Assembly: GCA_014905635.1 (NCBI GenBank)
Contig: CM026548.1
Location: 806,001 to 870,000, forward strand
Source of the DNA: Scenedesmus sp. PABB004
Lineage: Eukaryota
Direction: 5' to 3'
DNA: 64,000 nt
This document shows, piece after piece, positions 1-11,959 of the stretch. How positions within the stretch are numbered: the first letter of the stretch is position 1; each line of letters starts with the position of its first letter. A program made the position numbers and the translations under genes. The notes under the pieces are model-generated. The model had not been told where the DNA came from. It saw nothing but the letters and a program-made list of their open reading frames with translations, and ran no database searches.

Positions 1-220
1 TGGCGGGCGGAGCGGCGCGCTGTCGCGCGTCACGTGCGGCCTGCGGCGGCGGCGTTTTTGCTGCCTGGCCTGCTGTGCCGTGTCTCCCGCCACAGCCGGA
101 CTGCCCTCGCCATTGATCGCGAACCGCCGACGCCGCACCGCGCGAGGAGAGGCCGGAGATTGCCGACCGCGGCCGCACCCGAGCTTTTGTTGGCCGGCGC
201 TCACCGCGGCGGCGTGCGGA

Positions 221-3200
221 ATGCTCGCGGCACTGCCGCGGGCCCCTACAGGTGCGCGCCGGACGCGCCAGGCGCCAGCGCTGCGCTGCGCGCCGGCGGC
301 CGCTGCTGCTGCCGAGCCGCCGGCGACCGCTGCGCCCGCTGCCGGTCGCGCCGCAGGGCCCGCGGCCGGCGGGGTGACCGTGGGCCAGCGGCCGTCGCCC
401 TGCGCAGCCAGCGCTGTGCCGGCGCGCCTCGCCCGCCGCGCGGCGCTCGGCAGCAGCGGGCGTGGGGCGGCGCTGCTCGCGCGCTGCAGCGGCAGCGGCA
501 GCAGACCTCGCGACAGCAGCAGCACCAGCAGCAGCAGCAGTAGTAGAGTCAGCAGCAGCAGCAGCAGACGCAGCAGTAGCACCAGCAGCAGCAGGCAGCG
601 GCGGCGCGTGGCTGCGGCGGCGGGCGAGGCCGGCGCCGGCCCGGAGACGGGCGAGCAGAGCAGCGACGAGGGCGACGAGGGCGAGGACGACGCGCCGTTC
701 ACCGAGGCCGAGCTGCGCGAGCTGACCGCGCTCGAGGCGGAGCTCGCGGACGAGGCGCTCGGCGAGGCGTGGCGGGCCGAGTTTGAGGACGACCTGGACG
801 GCCTGTACGACTACGTCGACCGGTGCGCGGGGCGGTCGCCGAGCGGCCCCGGCGGGGCTCACGCGGCGTGTGCGACGCAGGGCCCGCGCGGCGAGGCGCC
901 GGCGGCCAGCCGCCAGCGGCGCCCGCGCGCCGACGCGCGGCCGCCCTGCTGCCGCTGCTCGCGCGCTCCATCCCTCGCTCTCTCGCAGGGACCAGCTGGA
1001 GTATGCCGACCGCGTGCGCGAGCTCAAGGCCACGCCGAAGCACCTCTGGGAGCAGGCGCGCGCGGCGCGCGCTGGGAGGCCTCCGCGCGCCCACACCCGC
1101 CGCCGGGCTGGGCTCACGCTCGGGCCGCTCGCCGCGGCGCGGCGGCACACACACAGGTCGGCGCGATGGACCGCCTGCAGTCGTACGCGCCGGGGCTCAT
1201 CGCCGACATGATGGGCATGGCGACCTGGCGCCTCAACGGTGCGCCGCCGCCGCCGCCTGAATGAGCCACCGCGCGCAAACACTTGAGCTCGCCGGCGCCA
1301 GCCATTGCTCGACGCGGCCGTGCCCCGCCTTCGCCCGTCGCCGCGCTGCCGACATCTGCTGTCGCCGCCGCGTCGTGCGCTGCTGCGGCCGCCACGTGGC
1401 GCGCAGGCATGGTGGACGAGGTCTTCTCCTTCCTGGTCGGCCGGCTCGAGGCGAGCATGCGGGAGCTGCTGGAGACCGACATCGCCCTTTACCCTGCGGG
1501 TGCGGCTGACGCCGCGCCGCTGCCGCGCCGCCGTGTCTGCCGTGTCTGCCGCCGCGCCGCCGCCACGGGGCCTGGCTCGGCGCGCACTGGCTGTCGCGCG
1601 TGCGCGTGCGGCCTGCCGCGCGCGTACCTGACCCCGCCTCGCCCCAACACGCGTCGCGCAGCCAAGTGGAAGGGCCGGCACTGGGACTTTATCGACTCGC
1701 TCGACCCGACCCGCGAGTGGGAGGGCTTCAGCTACGTGGACATGCCCGACCCCATCAAGGGCCAGGAGGTGACGCTCGCGGCGCGCCGCCGGGCTGGCGG
1801 GCGGGTCCGGCACGCGCGGGCGTGCGCGGGCGGGGCCGGGCGCGCGCGCCGCAGGCGGGGAGCAGCGCCGCCGCGCCGCGCGCTGAGCACCGGGCGCCGC
1901 CGCACGCCGCCGCGGGGCGCCGCGCAGGGCTACCCGCGGCTGCTGATTGAGAACCGCGTGTACAGCAGCCGCGTGTTCCGCAAGCTCCATCTCGAGGTCG
2001 CGCACCGCCAGGACGGGCTGCAGGTGCTGCACATGGTGCTCTTCCCGCGGTGAGCCTGCGGCGCCCGCGGCGCCCGCGCCGCCGGCGGCGGCGGCGGGGG
2101 GGCTGCCCGGCGACGGAGCGCGCGCGTGCGGCGGCCGCGACCGCCGCGCTCCGCCGCGCGCGCCGGTCCCTGGCGCGCGGGAGAGCGACGAGCTTTCGAT
2201 TGAGCGCTCACGCGCACAGCGCAGACACTGTGCTGTTGTGATTGACATGCCCCGCCCCCGCCGCGCGCAGGTACGACTTTGACATCCCCATCCTCGCGCT
2301 CGACCTCGTCGCCGCGGGTGGCGCCGTCACGCTCGCGATCGCCGACGCGTGCCCGCTGAGCGAGCGGCTGGCGCTGCCGCCGCACTACGCGCAGACGATG
2401 GCCGAGCTGCAGCACAACTTCCTGCCGGGTGCGGCGGCGCGGCGCGCGCGGCACGCAGCGCCGGCGCCGGCGCCGACGGGCCTCGCTGACAATGCTGACG
2501 GGGCCCGCCGCCGGCGCCGCAGAGTCGGTGCGCGGGCGGAGCATCCCCGAGTGGGGGTCCAAGATCTTTTCGCCGCTCTGCGTCTGCATGCGCCCGGAGC
2601 AGCCCGAGGAGCTCGGAGGCTTCCTCAAATATGCGATCGCGCTCACGCGCGCTCACCTCATGGTGAGCCGAGCCGAGCCGAGCTGAGCTGCGCTCAGCCG
2701 CGCTTTAGAGGCCGAGGCTGCGCCGGCGCGCCGGCGCTCGTTGAGGGAGGGGCCCCGGCCTGGGCTTCAGACGCGAGCCCCGAGCCCCGAGCCCTGAGCC
2801 CCGCCCCGCCCGCCGCCGCCGCCGCGCAGTACTCGCGCCTGCTGCAGCCGATCGCGCCCGACAGCAAGGCCTCCGCGCGCCGCCTGAGCGAGCTGCTCGC
2901 GTCGCAGCGCCGCTTCTGCGAGCAGCAGCTCGCCAACACCAAGACGTCGCGCGTGCTGGAGGTCGCGTTTGACGCGGAGTTCACCGACGCCTACATGAAA
3001 CAGGTACGCCAGCCGCCCGCGCTGCGGTGGCGTCGCGCCAGGATGACGGGGCGATCCGCGGCCGCCGCGCGCGGCCGCCGCGCTCGCGCGCGCGGTGCCC
3101 GTCTCGCCCCCCCCCCCCTCGCGCCGCCGCCCGCCCCGTGCCCACGCGCGCCGCCGCACGCGCGCGCACGCACGCGCGCCGCCAGCTCATGTTTGACTAC

Positions 3201-3948
3201 GCGCCGTCCGAGGACGTGCCCTGGTTTGACGGCAGCCTCGCGCGGCTGTACGAGTACTTTGACAACGCGCCAGAGGTGTGGGCCGACGCAGCAGAGTTCA
3301 TGAAGGTGAGAGGGAGAGGAGGGAGAGGAGGGAGAGAGGGAGAGGGAGAGGGAGAGGGAGATTTAGAGGCAGAGAGAGAGTGAGGGATAGGGCGGGAGAG
3401 GCAGAGAGAGAGACGGAGGGAGGGAGGGAGGACCGCCACGCGCGGCGGCGGCGGCTCACCCGCGCCCGCCGCACCGCGGCCGCCGCGCCGCCGCAGACGC
3501 GGCTGAAGCTCGACGGCGCCAAGGCGTCCGACTACCTGCGCCGCTTCCTGTCGGGCGACCCCTCGATCAAGGCGCCGCGGCTCTCGTTCGCGCTGCAGCA
3601 CATGTACGACACAGACCCAGACTTTTGCGCCGCGGTCGACAGGTGCGCGCGCCGCGCGCGTGCGCGCTCGCAGGCGGGCGCGGGGCGCGAGGTACGCGGG
3701 GCGCGAGGTGTGCGGGGCGCGGCGCGCGGCGCGCGACGCGCGCGCGGCGCCGCCGCAGGTCGCTCGAGGGGCGCGCGCCCGAGGACGCGCCGGCGCGGAG
3801 CGAGATGGGCGAGCACCTCGCGGCGGAGCTGATGCAGCTGGTCTACACGCGCCCCGCGGAGGAGCAGCCGCTCGCCGCGGCGGCGGCGGCGGCGGCGGGC
3901 GGCTCGGGCGGCGAGCCGGCGGCGGCGGCGGCGGCGGGCAAGGCGTAG
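221..3948 (+). CDS. PCYA1: Ferredoxin-dependent bilin reductase, phycocyanobilin:ferredoxin oxidoreductase (PcyA type), probably plastid-targeted, multi-exon
   Basis: Spliced exons give LLIENRVYSSRVFRKLHLEVAHRQDGLQVLHMVLFPR-YDFDIPILALDLVA...RSIPEWGSKIFSPLCVCMRP...SQRRFCEQQLANTKTSRVLEVAFDAEFTDAYMKQLMFDY, matching PcyA family motifs (H74/E76, H88, D105 equivalents). Ala/Arg/Ser-rich transit-like N-terminus from ATG 221 (start inferred); TAG ends at 3948. Confidence 0.9.
517..600 (+). repeat. (AGC)n microsatellite encoding poly-Ser in the N-terminal region of PCYA1
   Basis: Imperfect cagcagcag run visible in the sequence. Confidence 0.8.
3307..3431 (+). repeat. Polypurine (GA/GGA) low-complexity tract inside a PCYA1 intron
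   Basis: gagagggagaggagggagagg... over about 125 nt. Confidence 0.85.
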
Positions 3949-4087
3949 CGCCTGGAGCCGGGCCGGTGGGTGCAACGCCCTGCCAGGGTCACGCGAGTTG
4001 CACCAACTCCCCGCCAGGATCACGCGCCGCTCAACCTGCACACGCCGCGCCGCGGCGCGCGTCGCAGCCGCCTCGCGCCGGCGCGTC

Positions 4088-4968
4088 TTAGCGGCCAAAC
4101 ACGAAGCCAGTGAGCGCGGCCAGGTTGCTGGTGGTCAGCGCGACGTTGTCCTCGCTGTCGTCAGTCTCGACCGCGTCCGCCGTCGTGCCCGGCAGCACCG
4201 CCGCAGCGTTGCCCGAGGCCGCGACGCCGCTGTTGACCTTCCCGGTCAGCGCGGCGGGCTTGGTGGCGGCCTGGGAGGCCGAGAGCCCCGTGGTGAGGCG
4301 GTTGAGCGTCCCCGTGGCGCCGCCGAGCGCGCCCAGCACGGGCGTCGTGATGCGCGCTTGCGTGTCGGCGCCGAGCGTGCTGGCGCTGCTCGCGAGCGCG
4401 CCGGTGTTGCGGCTGCCGAGCGTGTTGGTGTCGGTGACCTGCCGCGCGCGCGCGGGGGCGTGGGCGTGGGCGTGCACGGCGCGCGCGCGGCGCCTCCCTC
4501 GCCCCCCACCGTGGTGAGCAGGCTCGCGCCGGCGACGACCGCGTCGTCGGCGACGTCGAAGAGCTGCGAGTAGTCGTAGGGCACTACGTAGGCAAAGGGC
4601 CCGACCGCCACGGGCGGCTCGCGCGTCGTGACCTGGCACGCGACCTTGCCGTCGTCGGCCTTGACCAGCACCGCGACGTCGCGGCACGCGTACTCGGCGC
4701 ACCCCGCCAGCGCCTCCAGCGACGTGCAGTTGACGTCCGCCTGCCGCAGCGAGCGCCGCGGCGCCGCGGCGGCGGCGCCGCCGAGCGCGAGGAGCTCGTG
4801 CCTCAAGCCCTGCGCGCGCGGCAGGTCGCCCGCCGCCGCGGCGGCCTCCAGCGCGTCCAGCAGGCCCGCGCGGTGCTCGGCCAGGCCGGACGCGTTGTCC
4901 AGCGGCTTGGTGGCGGCGGCGGCAGCGGCAGCGAACAGCAGCAGCGCGATCGCGGCCGTGCGGCGCAT
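4088..4968 (-). CDS. Secreted protein of unknown function (signal peptide, RRSLRQ pro-site, Cys domain, Thr/Ala/Gly-rich C-domain ending FVFGR), 2 exons
   Basis: [21 protein letters not shown] signal peptide; exon 1 ends at GASLLTT, GT-AG intron ~4439-4510, exon 2 VTDTNTLGSRN...LTGFVFGR*. Confidence 0.75.
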
Positions 4969-5241
4969 GGTGGCGACGCCTGGCGCGGGTTCGCACGGCG
5001 CTATGAGCGATGCGGAGGACTGGGACCGCGGCGGGGGCCTGGACGAGCGCGCAGGCGCTTTGCTGCGAGTCTTGGAGCGGCAGCGGCCGAGGTTCTGCCC
5101 GAGCTTTTGAAGTGCCCTGCCGCGCCCTGGCCCTCGCAACGGAGCCTCTGGACCTGCCGCGTCCCATCGAGAGCTCGCGGCCTCCTACGACAGGCGGGCA
5201 GCGATTGCAACTGCTGGTCAAACTTGGTTCGCGGCTCCACC

Positions 5242-7233
5242 TCACGTTGCGGCGTCGTCGCTCGCCGGCTCGTTGCTCGCCGGATCGCGGCCCTCTGGCG
5301 CCGCCGCGGCGGGCGGGCGGCCGCCGCCGGCAGCGGTGACGAGCCACGCGTCGAGCGCGGCGGTCGCGCTGCGCGCCACGAGCGTGAGCTCGGTGCCGGC
5401 GGGCACCGGGAAGGCAACGCCTGCGCACGCGCGCGTGCTTGTGTGTGTGTGTGTGTGTGTGGCGCCCCGCGGCCGGTGCGCAGCACTGCGCTGCCAGCCC
5501 CCCCCCCCCCCCCCGGCGCGGCGCACCCAGGCGCAGCTCCGCCTCCGCCTCCGCCTCCGCCTCCGCCTCCGCCTCCGCCTCCGCCTCCGATGCGTCGCGG
5601 GCCGCGCGCGCGCGCGCCGTCGCGGTGCCGGTGCCGCCGAGCACGAGCAGCAGGCCCGGCGCGCCCAGCGCGAGCGCCGCCGCGGCGTCGGCGCGGCGCC
5701 CGCTGCCGGCGCGCGCGGCGACGTGCCAGGCCTCAAACGGCGGCGCCGCGTCGGGGGCCGGCCGCGCAAACAGCCGCAGCGCAGGCGGCCCCGCGCCGGG
5801 CGCGGCGACGGGCGCGACCGCGGGCGGCGCGCCCTCCAGCGGCAGCCCGCCCCGCGCGCCGCGCGTGCGCTCCAGCGCCGCGCCGAGCGTGGCGAGGAAC
5901 GCGCGGGGGTCGACCGCCTCGCCGGGCGCGGCCGGGCCTGCCGCGACGGCGTCGCCGCCGGCCTCCACCGCAAGCGCCTCGCCTGCGCGGGCGGCGGGCG
6001 GCGTTCGTGGCGGCGGCCGCCCAGCGCGCGCGGCGCGCACCGCCCCGAGCCTGGGGCCGCGCCAGCGCGGCTGCGCACCGCAGACAAAGGCGTGGGGGCA
6101 GCCCGGGGGGATGAAGGCAGCCTCGCCCTGCGCACATGCGCGTGCCTCGGCGTCGGACGCAGACCGAGCCGCCCATGCCAGTCGCGTGGCGCTGCGTCGC
6201 CGCCCGCGCACCTGCTCCAGCACGACAACCTCGAGCAGCGCCAGCGCCAGCACGGCGCCCGGCTGGCCCGGCCACTCGCGCGCGGCCGCGGAGAGCGCCG
6301 CGCCGCGCGCCGCGCCGCCCGGCTGGCCCAGCAGCCCCGCCGCGAGCGCGAGGTCGCACGCCTTGGCGGCCGGGCGCGCAGGGCCCGCGAGCGCCGCCGC
6401 CGCGGCGAGCGTCGCCGGGCTGGAGGTGCCTGTGCTGGGCTTGGTGCCGCGGCGCCCGCTGGGCTCGGCGGCCGCCGCGCCGGCCGCGCCCGGCGGCAGC
6501 AGCGCCGGCCCGCCCGCCTCCGTGCCCGAGCCGTCCAGGTCGGTGAGCACCGCGTCCAGCGCCTGCGCATGCGCGGCGGCGGGCGCGCGCAGCAGGAGCG
6601 CCTCCAGCATGCGCAGCAGCGCGCCATGCCGCGCCGCCGCGCCGCCGGGGCCCGGCCCCGCCGCGCGGTAGTCGGCGGCCGCCGCGGCGCCGCACGCGCC
6701 CGCGAGCGCGGGCAGCCGGCCCTGCGGTCGGTCGTGCGGCGGTGGCGGCGGGCGTGGCGCCGGCGAGCTCAAGCCGCGCCGCCGCGCGGGGCCCGGGCCC
6801 TCTGCGCGCGGGCGCTCGGCCTACCAGCAGCGGCTCGAGCTGCTCGTGGCGCAGGAAGCCGGCAAAACCAACAAGCGAGTTGAGCGAGACGACCATGATG
6901 CCCCCGGGCGCCGCGCTCAGCGGCGCCGCGCGGTCGATGGACCACACCGCCAGCGAGAGCGGCGGCTCCGCGCCCAGCCCGACGCTGCGCGCGGCGCGGG
7001 AGGCGGTGGCCGAGAGAGGCGGCGGCGGCGCGCGCGCGGCCCGCGCGGCGGCGGCGCGCGCTGGCCGCCCCGCCGCCGCCGCACCGCAGCTCCGACCAGC
7101 GGCGCTCGGCGGCGGCGCCGTGCGCGGCCTCCCCGGCGGCGGCGACACCCGCGAGCGCGCGCGCCCGCCCGCCGCCCGCGCCCCCCGGAACGCCCCAGCC
7201 GTCGTGCTTCGCCGAGGGCCGCAGCGGAAGCAT
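5242..7233 (-). CDS. Mannose-6-phosphate isomerase (type I PMI)-like protein lacking the catalytic Zn ligands, multi-exon
   Basis: Collinear degenerate PMI blocks: MLPLRPSAKHDGWG (~L.C.VQ.YDWG), WSELRVG (~YAELWMG), LSLAVWSIDRAAPLSAAP (~FLFKVLSV.KALSIQAHP), IMVVSLNSLVGFAGF (~EMAIALT.FEALCGF), LLEVVVLEQ-GEALAVEAG (~LN.V.L.PGEA.FL.A), LRLFARP..PPFEAW, APGLLLVLGGTG, GVAFPVPAGTELTL. Confidence 0.7.
5441..5590. repeat. Cluster of simple repeats: (TG)n, poly-C and (CCTCCG)n
   Basis: tgtgtg run 5441-5461, C homopolymer ~5498-5514, cctccg hexamer repeated about 8 times at 5538-5590. Confidence 0.85.
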
Positions 7234-7494
7234 CGTAGCTGTGTGGGACGGCGGCGGCGGCGCGGGCGGGGTAAGGGCGTCATGCCCTGAGCAGCGCACC
7301 GCCGCCTGCCGTCAGTGCGCGATCGCACGGCAGCGCCAGGCCCCTCAGCGCGGGCACGGCAACAGCAGCGGCTCGCCCCGACTCAGCCCGTTCGGCGGGC
7401 GCAGCAGGAGCCGCGGGAGAGAGCCGGGAGCGGATTAGCACGGACGTACGCCGGCTCGGCCGAGTCCGTCGCGCCGCCAGACAGCAGGCTCTCC

Positions 7495-10400
7495 ATGGCC
7501 GGCGATCAGCTCTTCGACGCTGCTGCTGCGCCGCGCGCTTCACTCCACTGCCGCTGCTGCCGGGCCGCCACGGCCGCCACACGAGCGCTGCTAAGAGCTC
7601 TCGCGGAGTCCGTGGCGGCCGCGGCGGAGCTGGTGGGCGGGGCTGGGCAGCGCAGCACTGCCCGGACGTGCGGGTGGAGCGCTACGGTGTTGGTGCCGTC
7701 GGTGGAGGCGAGCGCGGCTTGGGGCGCCCGCGTCGACGCCGGCCAACCTCTGCGGCGCGGCGTGCATCGCGGCTGCGTCGACCGCGCCGCCGGTGCGCCG
7801 CGGCCGAGCGTGGACCACTTTAGCAGCGGCGGCGGGTGCTTGCCACACGCCGACAACGGCTCGCCACGCAGCCCGGGCGCGCCGTCGCCCAAGGCGCGCC
7901 GCGTGGCGCTGCGCGGCGGCCACCGGCCGCGCCCGTTCCGGCGCTGCGCGGCATGGCAGCCGCTGCTGATGCTGCTGCTGCTTCGCCTGGCGGGCGCGGC
8001 GGCCGCAGCGCCAGCGGCGCCAGCAGCGGCTGCGGCGGCGCCGGCAGCGGCGCCGGCAGCGGCGCCGGCAGCGGCGGCGCCGGCAGCAGTGGCAGCGGCG
8101 GCGCCAGCCGCAGCGCCGGCAGCGGCGCCGGCGGCGGCGGGCGTGTTCACGCTCACCGCGACGTCGAACAAGGCGGAGGTCGAGGCCGCCATAGCGGACC
8201 CGCGCATCTCTCGGCTCGAGCTTGACGTGCCGTCCCACACGGTCGCGATCGCCCCGGGCGCGCCGGTCGCGGCGCTGACCCGCAACTTCACGTTTGCGAC
8301 CGCGCCCGGCCGCGCGCCGGCGGTGCTCGACCTCAACTTCCTGGAGCGCCGCGTGCAGATGGCGCCCAACGTCACTCTGCGGTTCGAGAACCTGGTGCTG
8401 CGAAACGCGCGCAAGCTGGCCGGCTTCCAGCTCGACATGTACCTCGGCGCGCCGGGGGCGGTGATTGAGCTGGTCAACGTCACGCGCGTCAAGCTTGTGT
8501 GCGGCAGCTCGTCCCGGGACGCGCTCGGCGCGCTCGCCGCGCTGCCGCGGCTGCCGGGGCGGCCGCCCAACGCCGTCGAGGTGCTGCCCGAGCTGTGCGT
8601 GCCGCTGCCGCCGCCCGACGGGGGGCGCTGCTTCGCGTCGCCGCTGCACTTGGAGTACTTTGCAATGCGCGTGAGCCAGAGCGACGCGGAGGGCATCTCG
8701 GACGCCGGCTACGTGCTCGTCCAGGTGCGGGCGCGGGCGCCGGCGCGGCGGCTCTGCAGCGCGGCGGCGGCCGGCCTGCTGTCGCGCGGCGCGGCCCGCG
8801 CCCGGCGGCGGCTCCAGCCCCGCGCTCTGCGCGCCGCGCGCCGCCTCGTGCCCAGGTCAACACGTCGCGCGTGTGCGTCGACTACGTTGACCCGGCGTGC
8901 GTGAAGGCGCACGGCGAGCTCGACTGCTGGGCGGAGAAGGCCTACCCGCTGCTGCAGCTGGCGGACGAGGGCGGCGCGGCGCGCGGCCTCGGGCCGGGCG
9001 GCATCGCCGGCGTCGCGGTCGCGGGTGCGCGGCGCGCAGCGCCGCGCCCGCGGCAGCGGGCCGCGGCAGCGGCCCGCTGCCGCGCGCCCGGCAGCGGGTG
9101 CTCACGCGCCCGACGCGGCCGCCTGCGCAGGCGCGCTGGTGCTGCTGGGCGCGGCGCTGTGCGTCGCGTACCGGCATCGCGTGCTGCGCTGCTGCGTGGG
9201 CGCTGCCGGCGGTGCCTTCAGGGAGATGCCCGCGTCCAGCGGCGGGTGCGGCGAGACCCCTGCCCGCGCGGCGGCGAGCAGCGGGGCGGGTGCCCGCGGG
9301 CGCGCTCCGAGGCCCGCCGCCGCTCCGCCGCGCAGGAGCCCCGCGTCGTCGGCCGACGGCCTGCCCGGCGAGGTGCTCGTCACCTGCCCGGCGGGCGCCA
9401 AGAGCAACGTGCTGCAGCACATCCGGCTCGGTGCGCACGCGCCGCGTCCGCCGCGTCCGCGGCCGCGTCCGCGTTCGCGTTCGCGTCCGCCGCCGCCTGA
9501 CGCCGCACGGCGGGCGTTCGCGCGCAGGCGTGCTCGTGGGCGCGGGGTCGTTTGGACGCGTGTACCGCGCCCGCTGGCACGGCCGCGAGGTCGCTGTGAA
9601 AATCATCACCTGCTCGGACGCCGAGCTGCCCCGCGTGCTCAAGGAGGCGGAGATCATGGTGCGGCGGCGGCCGGCGCCGCGCCCCCCGCTCCCGCGCGCG
9701 CGGCGCCGCGCCCCCGCTTCCGCGCGCGGGCGCCGCGCACGCGCACACGCACGCGCCGCGCCGCAGACCGGCATCGAGCACGAGTGCATAGTGCGGGCAC
9801 TGAATTGCACGGTCGTGCGGCGCACCGCGGGCGCGGTGGCGCGCAAGGTGCGGCGGGGCGCGGCCGCGGGCGCACGGCACGGGCCGCGTCGCGGCGAAGG
9901 GCGCCTGCTCACGCCGCCGCCCGCCCTGCGGTCGGGGCGTGCACGCAGCCTGGCGGCGGCGAGTACGCGCGCGCCGCCGGCAGCGGCCCCGCCACGCCGC
10001 CCTCCAGCCTCGGCGGGCCGCGCACCGCGCCGGCGCCGCCCGCCAGCCCGCCGCTGCCGCTGCCGGAGCGGCGCAGCCTGAGCAGCACGGGCGGCAGCAC
10101 GAAGGCCAGCGCTGCTGCTGTGTCCACCACGGCGCCCAGCACGCGCAGCAGCCTGGAGGCTGCACAGGGCGCTCGGCACGGCGCGCCCACCAGCCCGGGC
10201 CAGCCCCTGCACTACCTGCCGGCACCGCTGGCGAGCCTGCAGGAGGCCGGGCTGGGTTCGGCCGCCGGGCCGGGCGGCAGCGGCGACGCGCGCGGCGGCA
10301 GCGGCGCCGCCCAGCCGGCGGGCAGCGGCGGCAGCGGCGCGGCGTGCGCAGCGCCGGCAGGCGCTGCGAGCGGCACCGGCACTGGCACCACCGGCACGGG

Positions 10401-11959
10401 CACGGGCAGCTGCTGCGGCAGCAGCTGCTTTGGCAGCAGGGGCGCCGACGGCGCCGGCGCCGAGCTGCCGCCGCCCGTGGGCGCCGCCATCGACCTGGAG
10501 GCCGGCGGCGGCGGCGGCGGCGAGTCGGTCGAGGTGTGGCTGGTGATGGAGCTGTGCAGCGGCGGCACGCTCAAGGACGCGGGGCTGATGCAGCAGGGCA
10601 GGGACCCGGGGCTGAGCCTGGTGAGTGCTGAGCGCTGCGCCCGGCCGCCGCGCCGCGCGCCGACGTCGACGCCGCGCCGCGCCGACGCCGACGCCGCCCG
10701 CCCCGGCCGGCGGCGAGCGCAGGCGGTGCTGCTGAGCCGGCTGCTTGAGGTGGCGCAGGGCATGGCTTTCCTGCACGAGAAGCACGTGCTGCATGGCGAC
10801 CTCAAGGTGGGGCGCACCGCCGGCCATTCGGAGCGCACGCGCGCGCGCCGGGTGCCACCGCCGCTCGCTCACGCGCGCGCGCGCCGCGCCGCCGCCGCCT
10901 CTGCCGCCGCCGCGCCAAGGCGGCCAACGTGCTGCTCCACAACTCCATCCACGGACCCTATGGCCAAGTCGCAAAGATCAGCGACTTCGGGTGGGTCTGG
11001 CCGCGCGCGCCGCTGGGCCGCGGCGCGCGCGGCCCGCCGCCGGCCCGCCGCCGGCCCGCCGCCGGCCCGCCGCCGGCCCGCCGCGCGCGGACGCCCCGGC
11101 CGCCGCGCGCCCCGGCCCGCCGCCGCCGCCGCCGCGCAGGCTCGCGTCTGTGCTGGAGGGCGGCACGCACCGCTCGACGCAGCGCGCGGGGACCATCACG
11201 CACACGGCGCCCGAGGTGCTGCGCACCGGCAAGGTGTCAAAGGCCGCCGACGTCTACTCGTTTGCAATAATGGTGCGCGCGGTCGGGACCGCGGCGGTCG
11301 GGGGGCGAGCGTGCTGCTCGCGGCGGCGCGCGCCCGCCCGGCGCCTGGCGCCCGCCGCCGCCGCCCCTGGCCCCGACCGCGCACGCGCCGCGCCGCGCCG
11401 CGCCGCGCCGCGGCAGATGTGGGAGCTGTTTGCCGGCGCGTCGGCGTTCTCCAACCTGCACACCGGCAGCGTCGTGGAGCGCGTCGTGCGCGGCGAGCGC
11501 CCGCCGCCGCTGCGCGACGCGCCCGAGGAGTACTCGCTGCTTTTAAACAGCTGCTGGGCGGCCCACCCGGGTGATCGGCCCGACTTTGAGCAGGTGGGTC
11601 GGGCCGCCCTCCAGCGCGCCGGCCGCCGGCAGCCAGCGCGCCGCTGCGCGCCGGTCCACGCGCGGCCCTCCTCCGCCGCGCGCGCGCGCGCGCCGCAGAT
11701 CGTCGCCTGCCTGCACCTGCTGCTGGAGAACCTGGGCGCCCCGGACAGCGCCAGCGACGCCGGCGGCGACGCCGGCGGCGGCGACGGCGAGCCGGCGGGC
11801 AGCGGGGCGCGCCCGTGCGTGGGCGCCGCCGCGCCGCCGGCGCTCGTGCCCGCCGCCGTCGCGGCCGGCTCGGGCGGGCGGGCGCCGCCGGCGCCGGCGC
11901 GACCGGGCGGCAGCCCCGGGCCCGAGCTGCCGCCGTCGGCGTTCATTCAAGACCTCTGA
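7495..11959 (+). CDS. Receptor-like TKL Ser/Thr kinase (non-RD) with chlorophyte-type ectodomain and single TM, multi-exon; start at 7495 or 7969
   Basis: Hydrophobic LLMLLLLRLAG, (AAAP)n linker, ectodomain LDLNFLERRVQMAPNVTLRFENLVLRN, TM GIAGVAVAGALVLLGAALCVAY, kinase motifs GAGSFGRVY, VAVK, LVMELC, HGDLKAANVLL, DFG, GTITHTAPE, DVYSF, CW..RP; ends FIQDL* at 11959. Confidence 0.9.
8010..8140 (+). repeat. 12-nt tandem repeat (gcagcggcgccg)n encoding (AAAP)n
   Basis: Direct inspection; lies just after the hydrophobic segment of the kinase. Confidence 0.8.
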
